Shown: positions 30,280-42,864 of the stretch, in pieces | Numbering within the stretch: position 1 is the first letter of the stretch | Layout: every line of letters begins with the position of its first letter | Source of the DNA: Eledone cirrhosa | Taxonomy: Eukaryota | Assembly: GCA_964016885.1 (NCBI GenBank) | Contig: OZ024741.1 | Coordinates: 341,496,001 to 341,560,000, forward strand | Length of the DNA: 64,000 nucleotides | Reading direction: 5' to 3' | The notes under the pieces: generated by a model | Database searches by the model: none | Seen by the model: only the letters and a program-made list of their open reading frames with translations | What the model was told of the DNA's origin: nothing | Program-made: the position numbers and the translations under genes

Positions 30280-31353
30280 CGGTGGCTGTCAACTCGTTTT
30301 CGAGTACGGCCACTACTTTATATCCATCTAGGAGAACCCCTACCGATGCGCTAAACAAGTGTGACTTTTTAGTCCAGCCAGCGACTTGAAAACTCTGGTA
30401 CAAACACTACACCTGTGACAATCATTGACACATAGTGCTGGGCACATGGCACCATGTGACGACAAGTGCAGAGAGATCTCCAGATATAAAGCAATGCCTG
30501 TGCCGGGAAGCTTTTATAATGAGCAAAGGCACTGCACAAAGCCAGTCCCACTCTCTTCACCAAGATGATATTTACCAAAAAGAAGAACAAGTCAACATTA
30601 TTGGATACCATCAGGGTTGCAGGTGTTATATCAGAGTTTTCCTTCTCCTAGAATTCTGCCTTGACAAAGGCTAAGGGGTCATCTCTCCCAGATATATATA
30701 TATACATACATACATACATACACACATACATACATACATACACTCATATATATACATGGTGGCTGCCAACTCGTTTTCGAGTACGGCCAATACTTTATAT
30801 CCATCTAGGAGAACCCCTACCGATGCGCTGAACGAATATGACTTTTTAGTCCAGCCAGCGACTTGAAAACTCTGGTACAAACACTACACCTGTGACAATT
30901 ATTGACACATAGTGCTGGGCCCATGGTACCATGTAACGACAAGTGCAGAAAGATCTCCAGATATAAAGCAATGCCTGTGCCGTGAAGCTTTTATAGTGAG
31001 CAAAGACACTGCACAAAGCCCTTAACCAAGATGATATTTACCAAAAAGAAGAACAAGTCAACATCATTGGATACCATCAGGGTTGCAGGTGTTATATCAG
31101 TGTTTTCCTTCTCCTAGAATTCTGCCTTGACAAAGGCTAAGGGGTCATCTCTCCCGGTGATTTTGGATGGCCATTGACTCTTAAGAGCTCCTTTGCCCTT
31201 TGACAGGTTTTGTTTTTAGTCCTGCAAGATGTCCAAAGTCACCCTCCTCACCAAGAAACCTTGGTGGGGTTGCCAGTTTAGTCGCCAACGACCCGACCAT
31301 GAGACAGGTTGTACTGGGATACATGTTACCAGTAGCACCAACTGGTGACCTGA
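30280..31353 (-). mobile_element. Tandem pair of non-autonomous RTE-leader-derived elements
   Basis: 30281-30689 and 30757-31155 are near-identical. They contain TAGCCTTTGTCAAGGCAG..CTAGGAGAAGGAAAACTCTG (RTE 5'/Ceph-like block) and a terminal hairpin; related copy at 42450-42850. Confidence 0.7.
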
Positions 31354-31389
31354 CACATACATACATACATACATACATACATACATACA

Positions 31390-31471
<82 letters not shown>

Positions 31472-31815
31472 GGAGGCACATGGCTTAGTGGTTAGAGCAT
31501 TGACCTTGCAATCGAAAGGTTGTGAGTTCAATTCTCAGACCGGGTGATGTGTTGTTTCCTTGAGCAAGACACTTTATTTCACATTGCTCCAGTTTACTCA
31601 GCTGTAGAAATGAGATGATAGGGACTGGGGTCCCTATCATTCCACTCCAAAGTGGTCATGGAGGTGCCATGGCAAAAAAGCATCCAGCACTCACTGTAAA
31701 TGAGGTTGGTGTTAGGAAGGGCATCCAGCTGTAGAAATCAAGCCAGAATCAGTTCCCGTCCCAACCTTGCAAGCAGGGAAAAGCGGACGTAAAATGAAAT
31801 GATGATGAAAATGAT
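31472..31815 (+). mobile_element. CORE-type SINE copy
   Basis: Same family as 3350-3680. Confidence 0.9.
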
Positions 31816-32593
31816 ATATATATATATATATATATATTAACGGTCTATTCTCCGATTTCTTACTCTCCCACGTGCTTACGCTCTGCTAATTCTCTAGCCC
31901 ACTAAATATTAACACTTCGAATATTTAATACTGCCGGCACTAGTATCGAGCACCTTTGGCATATGCTACTTGGCAAATAACTATATGTATCACCTATCCC
32001 CCCCCCCCTTTTTCTCTCTCTCAATACGTAAATACTGTATATATATATATATCATGTGTATGCATATGTAATTAGTTTGTCCCAAAACAGACAAATGCAT
32101 ACATATACAGACATGCATATGTATATGCATGCCTTTATAATGTGTTCAAGAAATACACATTCATTCAGACACACACACAGATATATATATATATATGATA
32201 TGATATGATATACGTGTGTGTGTGTACCACAAAGCTAAATCTACTCTGAAGTTCAAAGTTCTTTTGATATTCTTATCATGTGAGAAATTTCTGGTTTTAC
32301 CATTTAATTTAGTATCTAAGTGAGCATTATAGTGCCAGCTTTCTTGGTTCCAGATAATGTCTAAATTAACTTGGGAGGAATGTCAAATCCAATGATCTGA
32401 TTATTACTTGCTTAAAACAATCTGCAGTCAATTCTCCACTTATTCGTGTCACTCTGAAGCTGTTGATCGACTATTGCTTCTTTTACTATTTAGGCCTCTT
32501 ACCATTCTCTGCAATGATATGCAACTAATCAATAGAATCACAGATAGCCATTAACCTTTAGTCAAATACTGTGTTGTAATGTATACCTCTGCA

Positions 32594-32995
32594 GGTATTG
32601 GCTGTCTCTGTGGTTAATGTTTTGGGATTGCAGTCCAGATTTCATAGCTTGAAAACTCTTTTGCTGCTGTTGTTGCTTTTGCTGCTTTTGCTGTTACTGC
32701 AGCTGTTGGTGTTAATGCTGTTACTACTTCTGCTATTGCTGCTTCTGCTGTTGCTGTTACTGTTGGTGTTATCATTAAATCACACATACACATCAAACAG
32801 ATTTATAGCACAGTTTCAAGGTATTGGCTGTCTCTGTGGTTAATGTTTTGGGATTGCAAACCAAATTTCATGACTTGAAAACTCTTTTTGCTGCTGTTAA
32901 TAATGCTGCTGCTGATGTTGTTGCTGCAGTTGTTGTTGCTGTTAATGTTGCCATCGTTAAATCACATACATCAAGCAGATTTATAGCAGTTTCTA
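32594..32995. repeat. Tandem duplication of an about 225-bp unit containing (CTG/GTT)n
   Basis: GGTATTGGCTGTCTCTGTGGTTAATGTTTTGGGATTGCA at 32595 and 32820. Confidence 0.85.
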
Positions 32996-34843
32996 GGCAG
33001 TAAATGGTTATTTTCTCCTACCATTGAATTACTACTGAATTAATACTAAATGTTAGACTGGGCACATGTTCATCATACTCATCATTAGCAAGAGCAGCAG
33101 CATTTAACATCCATGTCCCCAACTAGCATGGGTTGTATGAGTCATCACAGTTCAAATCAGAACCTAGCTGGAACCACTGATTTCTCAGTGGGATCAGAAG
33201 GCTCATTTCACTTATATATGTTCCCATACTCTACAGAGTGAGATTATCGTGCTTTTGGCATATGTATATGTGAGAGCATATATATCATCATCATCATTTA
33301 ATGTCCACTTTCCCTGCTAACAAGAGTTGGACATGTCTACATTGACCAAGTCAGTCCTGAAGCAGAGCTAATGACCAACCAGTGGTCTGGTAGACAGGCC
33401 AAGGGGTCTGCATCTCACTTACATATGGTCTCACATTCTTCCAAATGTACAGGAGAGATTGTCATGTCTCTGATACAACTAAAAGGTCCTTCCAACCCTT
33501 TCTATGACTGTATACCCTTCCTATTACCAGCCACTTTACTGGGTGTGTTTATCATGTAGATCACCAACACTAGAGAGGCTGTCATCTCCTTGACAAAACT
33601 GTGAAGGCTAAATGTAGATATTCATAATTCATTTTATTCATAATCTGCCATAATACGTATTTCTGTGGCATAAATGATTATGTAATGCTGCCATCATGCA
33701 ATCACCGACATGACTTCATCAGACAGCATCTTAAGTAATAAGGTTGTTTTGTAACATTTCTAATGCAATACAGGCTATCATCAAGGTGACAGAAACATTT
33801 GATAGTTTTTTTATGAGAGTCCCTCCCAGTCAACATTTTATATCAAAAGAGTATATATGTTGTGTTTGGTTGGTGTGTGTCATCCTGTGTTGGTGTGACT
33901 TCAGTGAGGGAAGTAATAAGGACTCAAAAACATTGAGAAAGACAAATAAAGAAACAAAATTGCTAATTTAAATGCTTTTATAACTATGATCATACCAAGG
34001 GGTATATAAGCCCAACTCTCTCAGTTTCATTCTCTGGACTGAGTTCCAATAGCTGGTGTTGGCTGTAGCAGGGTAGTTACCACAACCACTTGCTACAGCC
34101 AGATCATTGCCATGAGAGGCCACAACAATGAGGGGATAGTAATCCTGCCTCTCTAAATTCATGCATTCCCATACAACCAGCACACAGGTAAAGCTATTGC
34201 TCAGTTTCCACACAATTACTCTGTAGTACATTCACTAAATATTCCACCACATCTATACATATGTGGTGATCTATTTTTTTAGCAAAAGCACATTTGTATT
34301 CAGGTAACCATTTTGGGGATATATATATATATATAAATATATATATATATAATGACCATTGGATGATGAAGTGAAAAGTGTTCCACTAGAAGGAAACTGC
34401 AGAGGAAGACGTAGGCTGTGCTATAGAAGACATGTCTAACCCATGCATACATGGAAAGCAGATGTCGAAATGATGATGATATATTCTTGTAAGTAGGAAT
34501 ATATTCAACAAGTTTAATGATTAAGTAGAATTTCACAATATTTTCACAAATTTTCAGTTCATTAAATATTTGACATTTTCTGTGATATTATAGTTTTTTA
34601 ATAAAGTGTAATTATAATTGATTGATGAAATATTACTCATTACGAGTCAAATTAGATTAAATCTGTGCTGATCTAAGGAAATTGCCAGAAATAGATTTTG
34701 ATTGTGTGTGTGTGTATATATATATATACACATATACATACATATATATATATATATACACATATATATATATATACATATATATATACATACATATACA
34801 TATATATATATATACACATATACATATATATATATATATACAC

Positions 34844-34897
<54 letters not shown>

Positions 34898-34989
34898 ATA
34901 TATATACATACACATATATATATATATACATACATATACATATATATATATATACATATACATATATATACATAAATATATATATATAC

Positions 34990-35038
<49 letters not shown>

Positions 35039-35343
35039 CATATACATATACATACATATATGTATATACATACATATACATATACATACATATACATATA
35101 TATATATACATATACATACATATATACATATACATACACATATATACATATACATACACATATATACATATACATACACATATATACATATACATACACA
35201 TATACATATATATATACATATACATATATATACATACATATACATATATATATACATATATATATATACATATATATACATATATATATATATACATACT
35301 TATATATATACATACATATATATATACATACATATATATATAC

Positions 35344-35374
<31 letters not shown>

Positions 35375-35599
35375 CATATATATATACATATATATGCATA
35401 CATATACATACATATATACAAATATACATATACATATTATAATTCAATTGAGGAATGTTGGTTGATCAAATGACCTACTAACTTTGGTCGTAAACAGACG
35501 TAAAGCACTCTACAACTTGTATTCCTTAAAGTATTATCAATAAGGTATCAACCAGAGTGTCAATAATATAAAGCAGGGAGACGGTTTTAAATGTACATC

Positions 35600-35782
35600 G
35601 CGTCTAGTATTGTTAGAAGGTCGGACGCCATGCTTTGAAGTATAGAGTTACCTCCCTTTATGATCTGATTTCAAATCCCGCCAAGGTTAACTTTGCCTTT
35701 CATCCTTACAGGGTCGATAAAATAAAGTACCAGTAATACACTGGGATAATTGCTGGCCTTGTGCCAAAAGTAGAAACAATTA
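35600..35782 (+). mobile_element. Meta-domain SINE (diverged)
   Basis: TTTGCCTTTCATCCTTACAGGGTCGATAAAATAAAGTACCAG...GTAGAAACAATTA. Confidence 0.85.
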
Positions 35783-36084
35783 TATAATTCTGTTATACGT
35801 ATTTTGAATTTCTCAAACTGATTGCATAATAACCTTTCAGACAGGTGCAAAGTTGTAGTATTTTTATTTTTGATATACTACTGTAGTTAGTAGCATGGGG
35901 GTAGAAGTCGATTCCAGTTGCACATGCCTAACAGAAAACGTCAAAAACGGACGTAAAATGTTGATGATGATATATATATTCACACACATGCACATTATAT
36001 ATTTTCATTTCATTTCATTTTACGTCCACTTTTTCCCTGCTTGAAATGGTGGGACTATATATATATTCCAAACCTGGAATATAT

Positions 36085-36532
36085 ATTCAAAGCCTAGAAT
36101 CAAAAGGTCTTAAAGTTAACTTGTCAATGACTAAAGTCCTAGTATGTAGAAAGAAAAACAGGGTTCAAATCCCCTCTGGAAAATGGCTTTGCTCAGTGTA
36201 CAGGAAAGGAGTCGATAGAAATTACATTCTATGTCCCAAATGTAGGCTATGAGTACATAAAAGATGTAGTGGGATGAAAGGCAGGTTAGCAAAGAACGTA
36301 GGGTTTATATGTGGCTAATGCTCAAGTACAGTAAGTAGGAAGGGCCCACAGGACACTTGCTCCTTCAAATGCCCAAATGGTACTATAGAAATAGTCGGCT
36401 CTTTTTGTTATCTGGGTGATGAAATCAGCAGTGGAAGAGGGTGTTCAGAAAGTACGGTAGTAATAACGGGATGGAGAAAATTCAGAGAGCTACCACAACT
36501 ACTAGCTACAAAAGGTTTTTACCTCAAAATCA
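36085..36532 (+). mobile_element. RTE RT/PHD internal fragment, degenerate
   Basis: SLESKGLKVNLSMTKVLVC...GKWLCSVYRKGV...LCPKC..VHKRC. Confidence 0.85.
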
Positions 36533-36639
36533 ATGTCCAGCTCTCAATACAATGCAACATTGCTATTCATATGCATGCATCATACAGTCTGCCTTTCATA
36601 TATATATATATATATAGAGAGAGATTTATATATATATAT

Positions 36640-37185
36640 TTCGTTTCTGAATTTGTTTAGCAAGATTCTTTATCTGAAAACGTGTGTTGAAACCGATACT
36701 GTTATGCTTTGGGAGGGTCATGTTGCCAATAAGAAACACACGCACCAGTTGCTTTCACTCCAATTTATTATAAATTAAATTTATAAATTTAAGAATTTAT
36801 AAATTTCCGGTTGGTTGATTGGTTCCACAACCGGACGGTTGTTCATATATTGTCAAAGTTCTTTCGTCACACATTCTGTGACCTCTTCAGTGACTGGGGA
36901 TTCTTTTCTTTGTTTTGTGCTTCTCCTTTGTTCTGTCCCACGCCATCTTATTTTTGTGTGTGTTGTGTGCTTAGTTTGCGCATGTATTACATCCGGGTGT
37001 CTGTGTGTGTTTTTATTTGTTTATTTATTTGTTTATTTACATGTTACTGGTTGGTTGTTTGTTCTATGTGTGTTTTCATTTTGTCCTTAATTGTAAGTTG
37101 TGATGTTGCTATTCCATTCATGTTTTCTATTTAATTTTGGTTGGAGTTCATTTATGTTTATTGCCTCTGTGAATTGTTTAGACAT
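36640..37185 (-). mobile_element. PLE 3' end/pseudo-LTR, same family as 28486-29420
   Basis: Reverse-complement match including the hammerhead and the LNRKHEWN tail. Confidence 0.8.
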
Positions 37186-37325
37186 ATATATATATATATA
37201 TATATATACACACGGTCCTATACGAGCGAAACACAGTCACCCGATGAATCTTGCCTCAAGTGGGACAATTCCCATCTAACCCATGCTAGTGTGGAAGATG
37301 GACGTTAAACGATGATCATGGTGAT

Positions 37326-37364
<39 letters not shown>

Positions 37365-38530
37365 TCATCATCATCATCATCATCATTTAACGTCTATCTT
37401 CCACGTTAGCATGGGTTTAGACGCGAATTGTCCCACTTGAGGCAAGATTGGTTGTCTTGCTCCTATAGGACTGTCTGGCAGGTTTGCTACGGCTGGATGC
37501 CCTTCCTAACACCAACCACATTTACAGTGTGGACTGGGAGGTTTTTACCGTGTTACCTACACGGCCACATTACAGCGTGGACTGTTTGTTTTTTTGTCGT
37601 GACACCTACACAACCTCATTTATTTAGGACTGGATGCTGTGGTACCAACATAACTTTACAGAGAATGGGGCGGTGTTGATGGGGGTGGGGGTAGGGGTAG
37701 TGGGATGGGGGTGTATTTTTGTTTAAGAGGTGCCTACTGACTGTAGGTTTCGGTTTGTACTTAGGCAACGCGGGTTTTCTGTATTACTGCGTAGCGCCAA
37801 AGATCTCGGTCCAGTGACATTGTCTTGGAGAAGTGTAAGTGTGTGAGGTCGGAATTTATCAAATCATCCCAGGTTTTTCTGGGTCTGCCTACTCCGTAGC
37901 TTCCATTAATTTTGATCGCCCTGCACTGATCCCTCTTATTCCTAATTTCTCACTTAGTTCATTTATGCTTTGCCGTTCACGTATATTACTATTACACATC
38001 CAATGGAGTATGCTAGCTTTGTTCCTCTCCAGTCTGTGCAGATCCTCTGCACACAATGCCCATGTCTCACTGGCATGTAACATTGTTGTTTGTATGCAGG
38101 CATCATACACTCTGTCTTTCATTTTTAGAGAGAAACCTTTAGCGGCCAATAGTGATATAAGCTCTCTGAACTTTTACCATCCCGTTCTGACTCTGTATTT
38201 TCAGAGCACCCTCCACCACTGCTGATTTTGTAACCCAGGTAACAGAAGGTGTCCACTATTTCTATAGAACCATCTGGGAAATGGAAGGAGCTAGTATCCT
38301 GTGGGCATTTGCTGCTACTTATTGCACCTGAACACCGCCCACATATAAAATCTATGTTCTTAGTTAGCTTACCTGTGATCCCACTACATCTTTTATGCAC
38401 CCATACTTTGCATTTGGGACATAAAATGGAGATTCTGCCTACCCCTTTCTACACACTGAGCATGGCCATTTCCCAGAGGGGACCAGTGCCCTATTTTCTT
38501 TCCTACAAACTAGAACTTTAGTCTTAGACA
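37365..38530 (-). mobile_element. 5'-truncated RTE-A copy
   Basis: PHD region, YLG, LHASETW, 3' UTR and (GAT)n tail; internal deletion near 37920. Confidence 0.9.
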
Positions 38531-38543
38531 ATATATATATATT

Positions 38544-38589
<46 letters not shown>

Positions 38590-39329
38590 TACATTATATA
38601 TATACATATATAACCTATTTGTGCAATATCTGGTGATAATTTTCTTCAGATTGCAGTTTTAATATCTGTAGTTCTGAAGTATACTGCACAGACATGGGTT
38701 CTGTCCTTGAGATAGATATATAATATATCTGCACCAAAACACAGTCACTGTAATTGCTATTAACTACAATGTGTGCACTCTGAAGATCGAGATGCAGTTT
38801 TACTACTGCAATCTTACAGATTCATTGAGTGGGTGAGTCATGGCTGGAGATCGATACAATAATATCAACAATTTTCGTAAACCTTGTGTGTGTGTATATA
38901 TATATATGTATATATATACATAAGTATATATATGAATATATATATTTATATATATACACATGCACACATACACACACACATATATATATATATGAATATA
39001 TATATTTAAATATATATATACACACACACACACATATACACACGCACACATACACACACACATATATATATAATATCAGGTATAGCAATGAAGCCATACA
39101 TTCTTGTGTTCTCTCTCCACAGCATATCACAATATTAGTATATGTTTTCAGATAAAAGTTTGCAGTCTGTTTCTCTTCTTTACATTTATTTAATCTTTTC
39201 CCAACTGTATTGACCAGGCTCTCTGAAATTATAGTTCTCGAATACCTATTTATACGCATATGAATATATGAATATTGATGTGTATACAATCACCCACACA
39301 TACACAGACACACATATATATATATATAT

Positions 39330-39510
39330 ATCACCATCATCAGGTCGAGCTTGCTCGCCTTTCTACAACACGTTTCCTCCATCCATCTCTGTCTCTCATA
39401 GCATTTGCCAGTTCTTCCGCAGTGCATCCAGTATCGTCCTCAAGTTGCTTGACGTATGTCTTCTTGGGACCACCAGGGTTTCTTGCTCCATGAGATGGAC
39501 TCCATAACAT
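39330..39510 (-). mobile_element. 3' tip of another RTE family
   Basis: GGPKKTYVKQLEDDTGC..EELANAMRDRDGWRKRV* followed by TGATGATG. Confidence 0.75.
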
Positions 39511-40154
39511 ACATATATATATACACACACACACACACACATATTAATTGGCAGTAGCACTAAGACAGTGTTTAAGCATAATACAGGTGTTTATGAAAAC
39601 ATACATAAACATATATTATACATTTATATACAATATATATTTGGGTAGCCTTGCTATCAAAGAAAAAATATTTTTTCAGACAAAACGGCTTCAAGTTTTG
39701 TTAATTTTTCATTAGTGACACTCATTCAATTCATAATGGATTGGAAAATAGACTAGTATCTATATAGAATTTTGCATGATGAACATTTGCTGGCAATGCT
39801 CATTTGCATATACCAAATAGAAAGCACAGGCTGGAAATACTCATTTGCATATGGTGTAAACTTGGTTAGTTATATTTAATTTTCAGTAGTATATATATAT
39901 ATATATATATATATATAACGAAGGAAGTGTGGTAAGGAACCAGATGGACCATAACATTTACATATGCATACACAGACACACACACACACACACATATATA
40001 TATACATACACAAACTTGACGCAGTGGCTGGGATTTTACATATCTCTGTGCTGAAAAGAACTCGTCCCACCCTTGCAAGCAAGGAAAAGCAGACATAAAA
40101 TGATGATGATAATGATGATGATATATATTAGTTTAATGCTTGATATAGTAGGAA

Positions 40155-40510
40155 AAGTAACAACCCTTTTTGAATTCCATGTGTCTAACACACATGGGCA
40201 TGCCTACAAAGTCAGAAAACAGCACAGCTCACATGACTTTCGGAACATTTTTTCACGCTCAGAGATGCTGAAGCCTGGAACAAACTACTTGCTGCCGAGA
40301 CACTGCATCTTTTAAAACCTCCATGCTTCCTGAAATTCACCAACACTACACTTGATATTCCCCCTCCATACACACACACACATGTATTTCATGACTCATA
40401 CACTGTTCACTTTCCTGACATTTGAACATTATTCTATGTACTATACATGCACCTTTGATGAGTTGTAGTGCACCTGAGCACTGTACACAATAATTTCATT
40501 ATTATTATTT
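40155..40510 (+). mobile_element. CR1 3' fragment
   Basis: LFEFHVSNTHGHAYKVRKQH...FF...AEAWNKL with (ATT)n tail. Confidence 0.7.
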
Positions 40511-40614
40511 ATTTCAGATACTAGTCCTTCATCAAAATGAGGAATGAGAAATAACAGAAAGAATATATATATATATAAACACATATCTTTGTACACACAC
40601 ACACAGATATGCAT

Positions 40615-41715
40615 ATCCACCCATTACTGCTTTTAAGTGCACCCGCAATCTCTGCGACCTCCTGGTTCGCAGTTCCTTCTCATCCTCTCTCACGACTCCA
40701 CCCGGCTCTCATCCTTGTTCCCGTTCCCACTACAACACTTGTCCCTTCATTTCCACCCTCACCACTCTTACAGGCCCTAACGAGTCTTTCCATAGCCGCC
40801 ACTCTTCCACCTGCACATCCACCTACGTTGTCTATGCCCCCCTGTTTTCCCTTTGTGAGTCTTTATATATCAGAGAAATGGGACGCCATATGGCGGACTG
40901 TTTTGCCAAGCATTTGAGGGACATACGACTCAGTTTGGATACTCCTGTCGCCCGTCATCCTGTTCTCCTGGTCATTCTTCCCTACATGTTTCAGTCCTGG
41001 GTGTCCTTTTACATCATGGATCACAGGCCTGAACAAAGCCTGATTCACCACCTTGGGTCCTATTCCCTTCTTGGACTCAACTCACCTCCCCAATTTCTCT
41101 AATAGCCCGTCCATTATCACAACCTTAGATTCCTACACTTTCTCTTGATCATTAACATCTTTTCTTACTACTAATATAGGCTGACTATATATGCTCACTC
41201 CACTTTTCCCTTCACTGCTCTGTATACACACATACACACCCTTATATTAACATACTTTTGCTCATAGCTTTGTACTTACATGCACACACACTCTTTTACT
41301 CACATATACACACACGTCTTCTTAACTTCATATGGACATATAATAACACACACACACTTACACACGCTTACGCACATGCACAAGTATAGCTCTTTTTACA
41401 AAATGCCTTTTTTTCATTTTCAGGTAGACACGTTCCATCATTCACTTTTCTAAAAAATAAATCATACACAAAACGCCAGCACCAACGGCTTTGCAAGAGA
41501 TGTCAACATGAACAGACCTGTTATTTTTATCTAAAGACGTTTTTTCCAATTCCAACCCACCGTCCTCTCAATCTGTCTTCTTTCTCATTCTTTCTTCTGA
41601 TGAAGGACTAGCATCCGAAACGTTAAGACCCTCTTCCTGCTATATAAAGCGTTAACATAATATATACCTTCCATATACTGTACCAATTGTGTTGTTATTT
41701 CTGTTTACCTTTTAC
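40615..41715 (+). mobile_element. Degenerate Neptune-like PLE 3' end with hammerhead
   Basis: GIY-YIG remnant (CTSTYVVY...YI.E.GR..ADCF.KH...GLNSPPQFL*), CA-rich UTR, hammerhead at 41593-41628. Confidence 0.75.
41593..41628 (+). ncRNA. Canonical minimal type I hammerhead
   Basis: TCTT-CTGATGA-a GGA ctagca TCC-GAAACGTT-AAGA; palindromic AACGTT typical of dimer-acting PLE hammerheads. Confidence 0.75.
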
Positions 41716-41770
41716 ATACATATATATATATATTGAGATGTTTAACTATTAGAGACTAATTAACCTTTAA

Positions 41771-41823
<53 letters not shown>

Positions 41824-41826
<3 letters not shown>

Positions 41827-42007
41827 TTCCACTGCAAAGTGGTCGTGGAGGTGCCATGGCAAAAAAGCATCCAGCACTCACTGTAAATGAGGTTGGTGTT
41901 AGGAAGGGCATCCAGCTGTAGAAATCAAGCCAGAATCAGTTCCCGTCCCACCCTTGCAAGCAGGGAAAAAGTGGACGTAAAATGAAATGATGATGATGAT
42001 GATGATG

Positions 42008-42008
<1 letters not shown>
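41824..42008 (+). mobile_element. 5'-truncated CORE-type SINE
   Basis: 3' half of the 3350-3680 family. Confidence 0.85.
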
Positions 42009-42038
<30 letters not shown>

Positions 42039-42214
42039 CTAATTAACTTTTAATTAATGTATATATATTAAAGGTTAATTAGTTTTCTAATAATTAAACA
42101 TCTGAATGAGAGAAACCTCTCAGAGAAGCAATACGTTGTCATTCCACCATTCTGCCGTGGCAAAGGAAACAGTGTGTATTATATCTTGTTCCTCTCACTT
42201 CTTGAAGAATGTAA

Positions 42215-42295
42215 CTCCCCTGAAGAATATGGTGGATTCTTCAAATATTGGTGATTCCAATAAGAATTCTTCCAATATGAAACCATGGAAGGGAG
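42215..42295 (+). ncRNA. Hammerhead with long stem II and mutated cleavage triplet
   Basis: CTCCC-CTGAAGA-ATAT..long hairpin..ATAT-GAAAC CATG GAA-GGGAG (GAA instead of GUH). Confidence 0.5.
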
Positions 42296-42864
42296 ATCTA
42301 TATACAAACAAGGCTAGATAGAATATTTTTTTTGTCTATCTTGTTTGTACCCCCATAATTTTTTCTCACTTAATTTATATATATATATATATATATATAA
42401 ATGAAAAGTATAGAAATTGTTGTAGCGAGAAGCTATATATATATATAAAGATTCAGGACCCCGACGGCTGAGCTCCAGCCGTTTCGACAGCTGTCGGGGT
42501 CCTTTTTATATTACCCACTCTACTACCCCAACTATCAAGTACTGGTATGTTATGGTCCAGCTCGTATCTTACCACACCCTCTTTGGTATATATATTAAGT
42601 AATTCTATCGAGCAATGCCTGTGCGTGAAGATATTTTTTAAAGTGAGAAAAGACTGCACTGAGCCAATCCCACTCTCTGAGCGACAGTAGCTATAACCTG
42701 AAAAGAAGAAAAGATCAACATCATCGGTAACTACTCAGCCGCAGGTTTTATATCAGAGTTATCCCAGTTTCCTGAGTTGCCTTCTCCTAGAAGAATGCCC
42801 TGACATAGGCTAGGGGTCCTTCACTCCCAGTGGTTTAACCGCACGATCGCAGTATATATATATA

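Noticed and set aside
31262-31350. Twister or canonical HDV ribozyme in the RTE-like leader
   Set aside because: No twister core and no P1 partner in HDV order; kept only as an unclassified structure.
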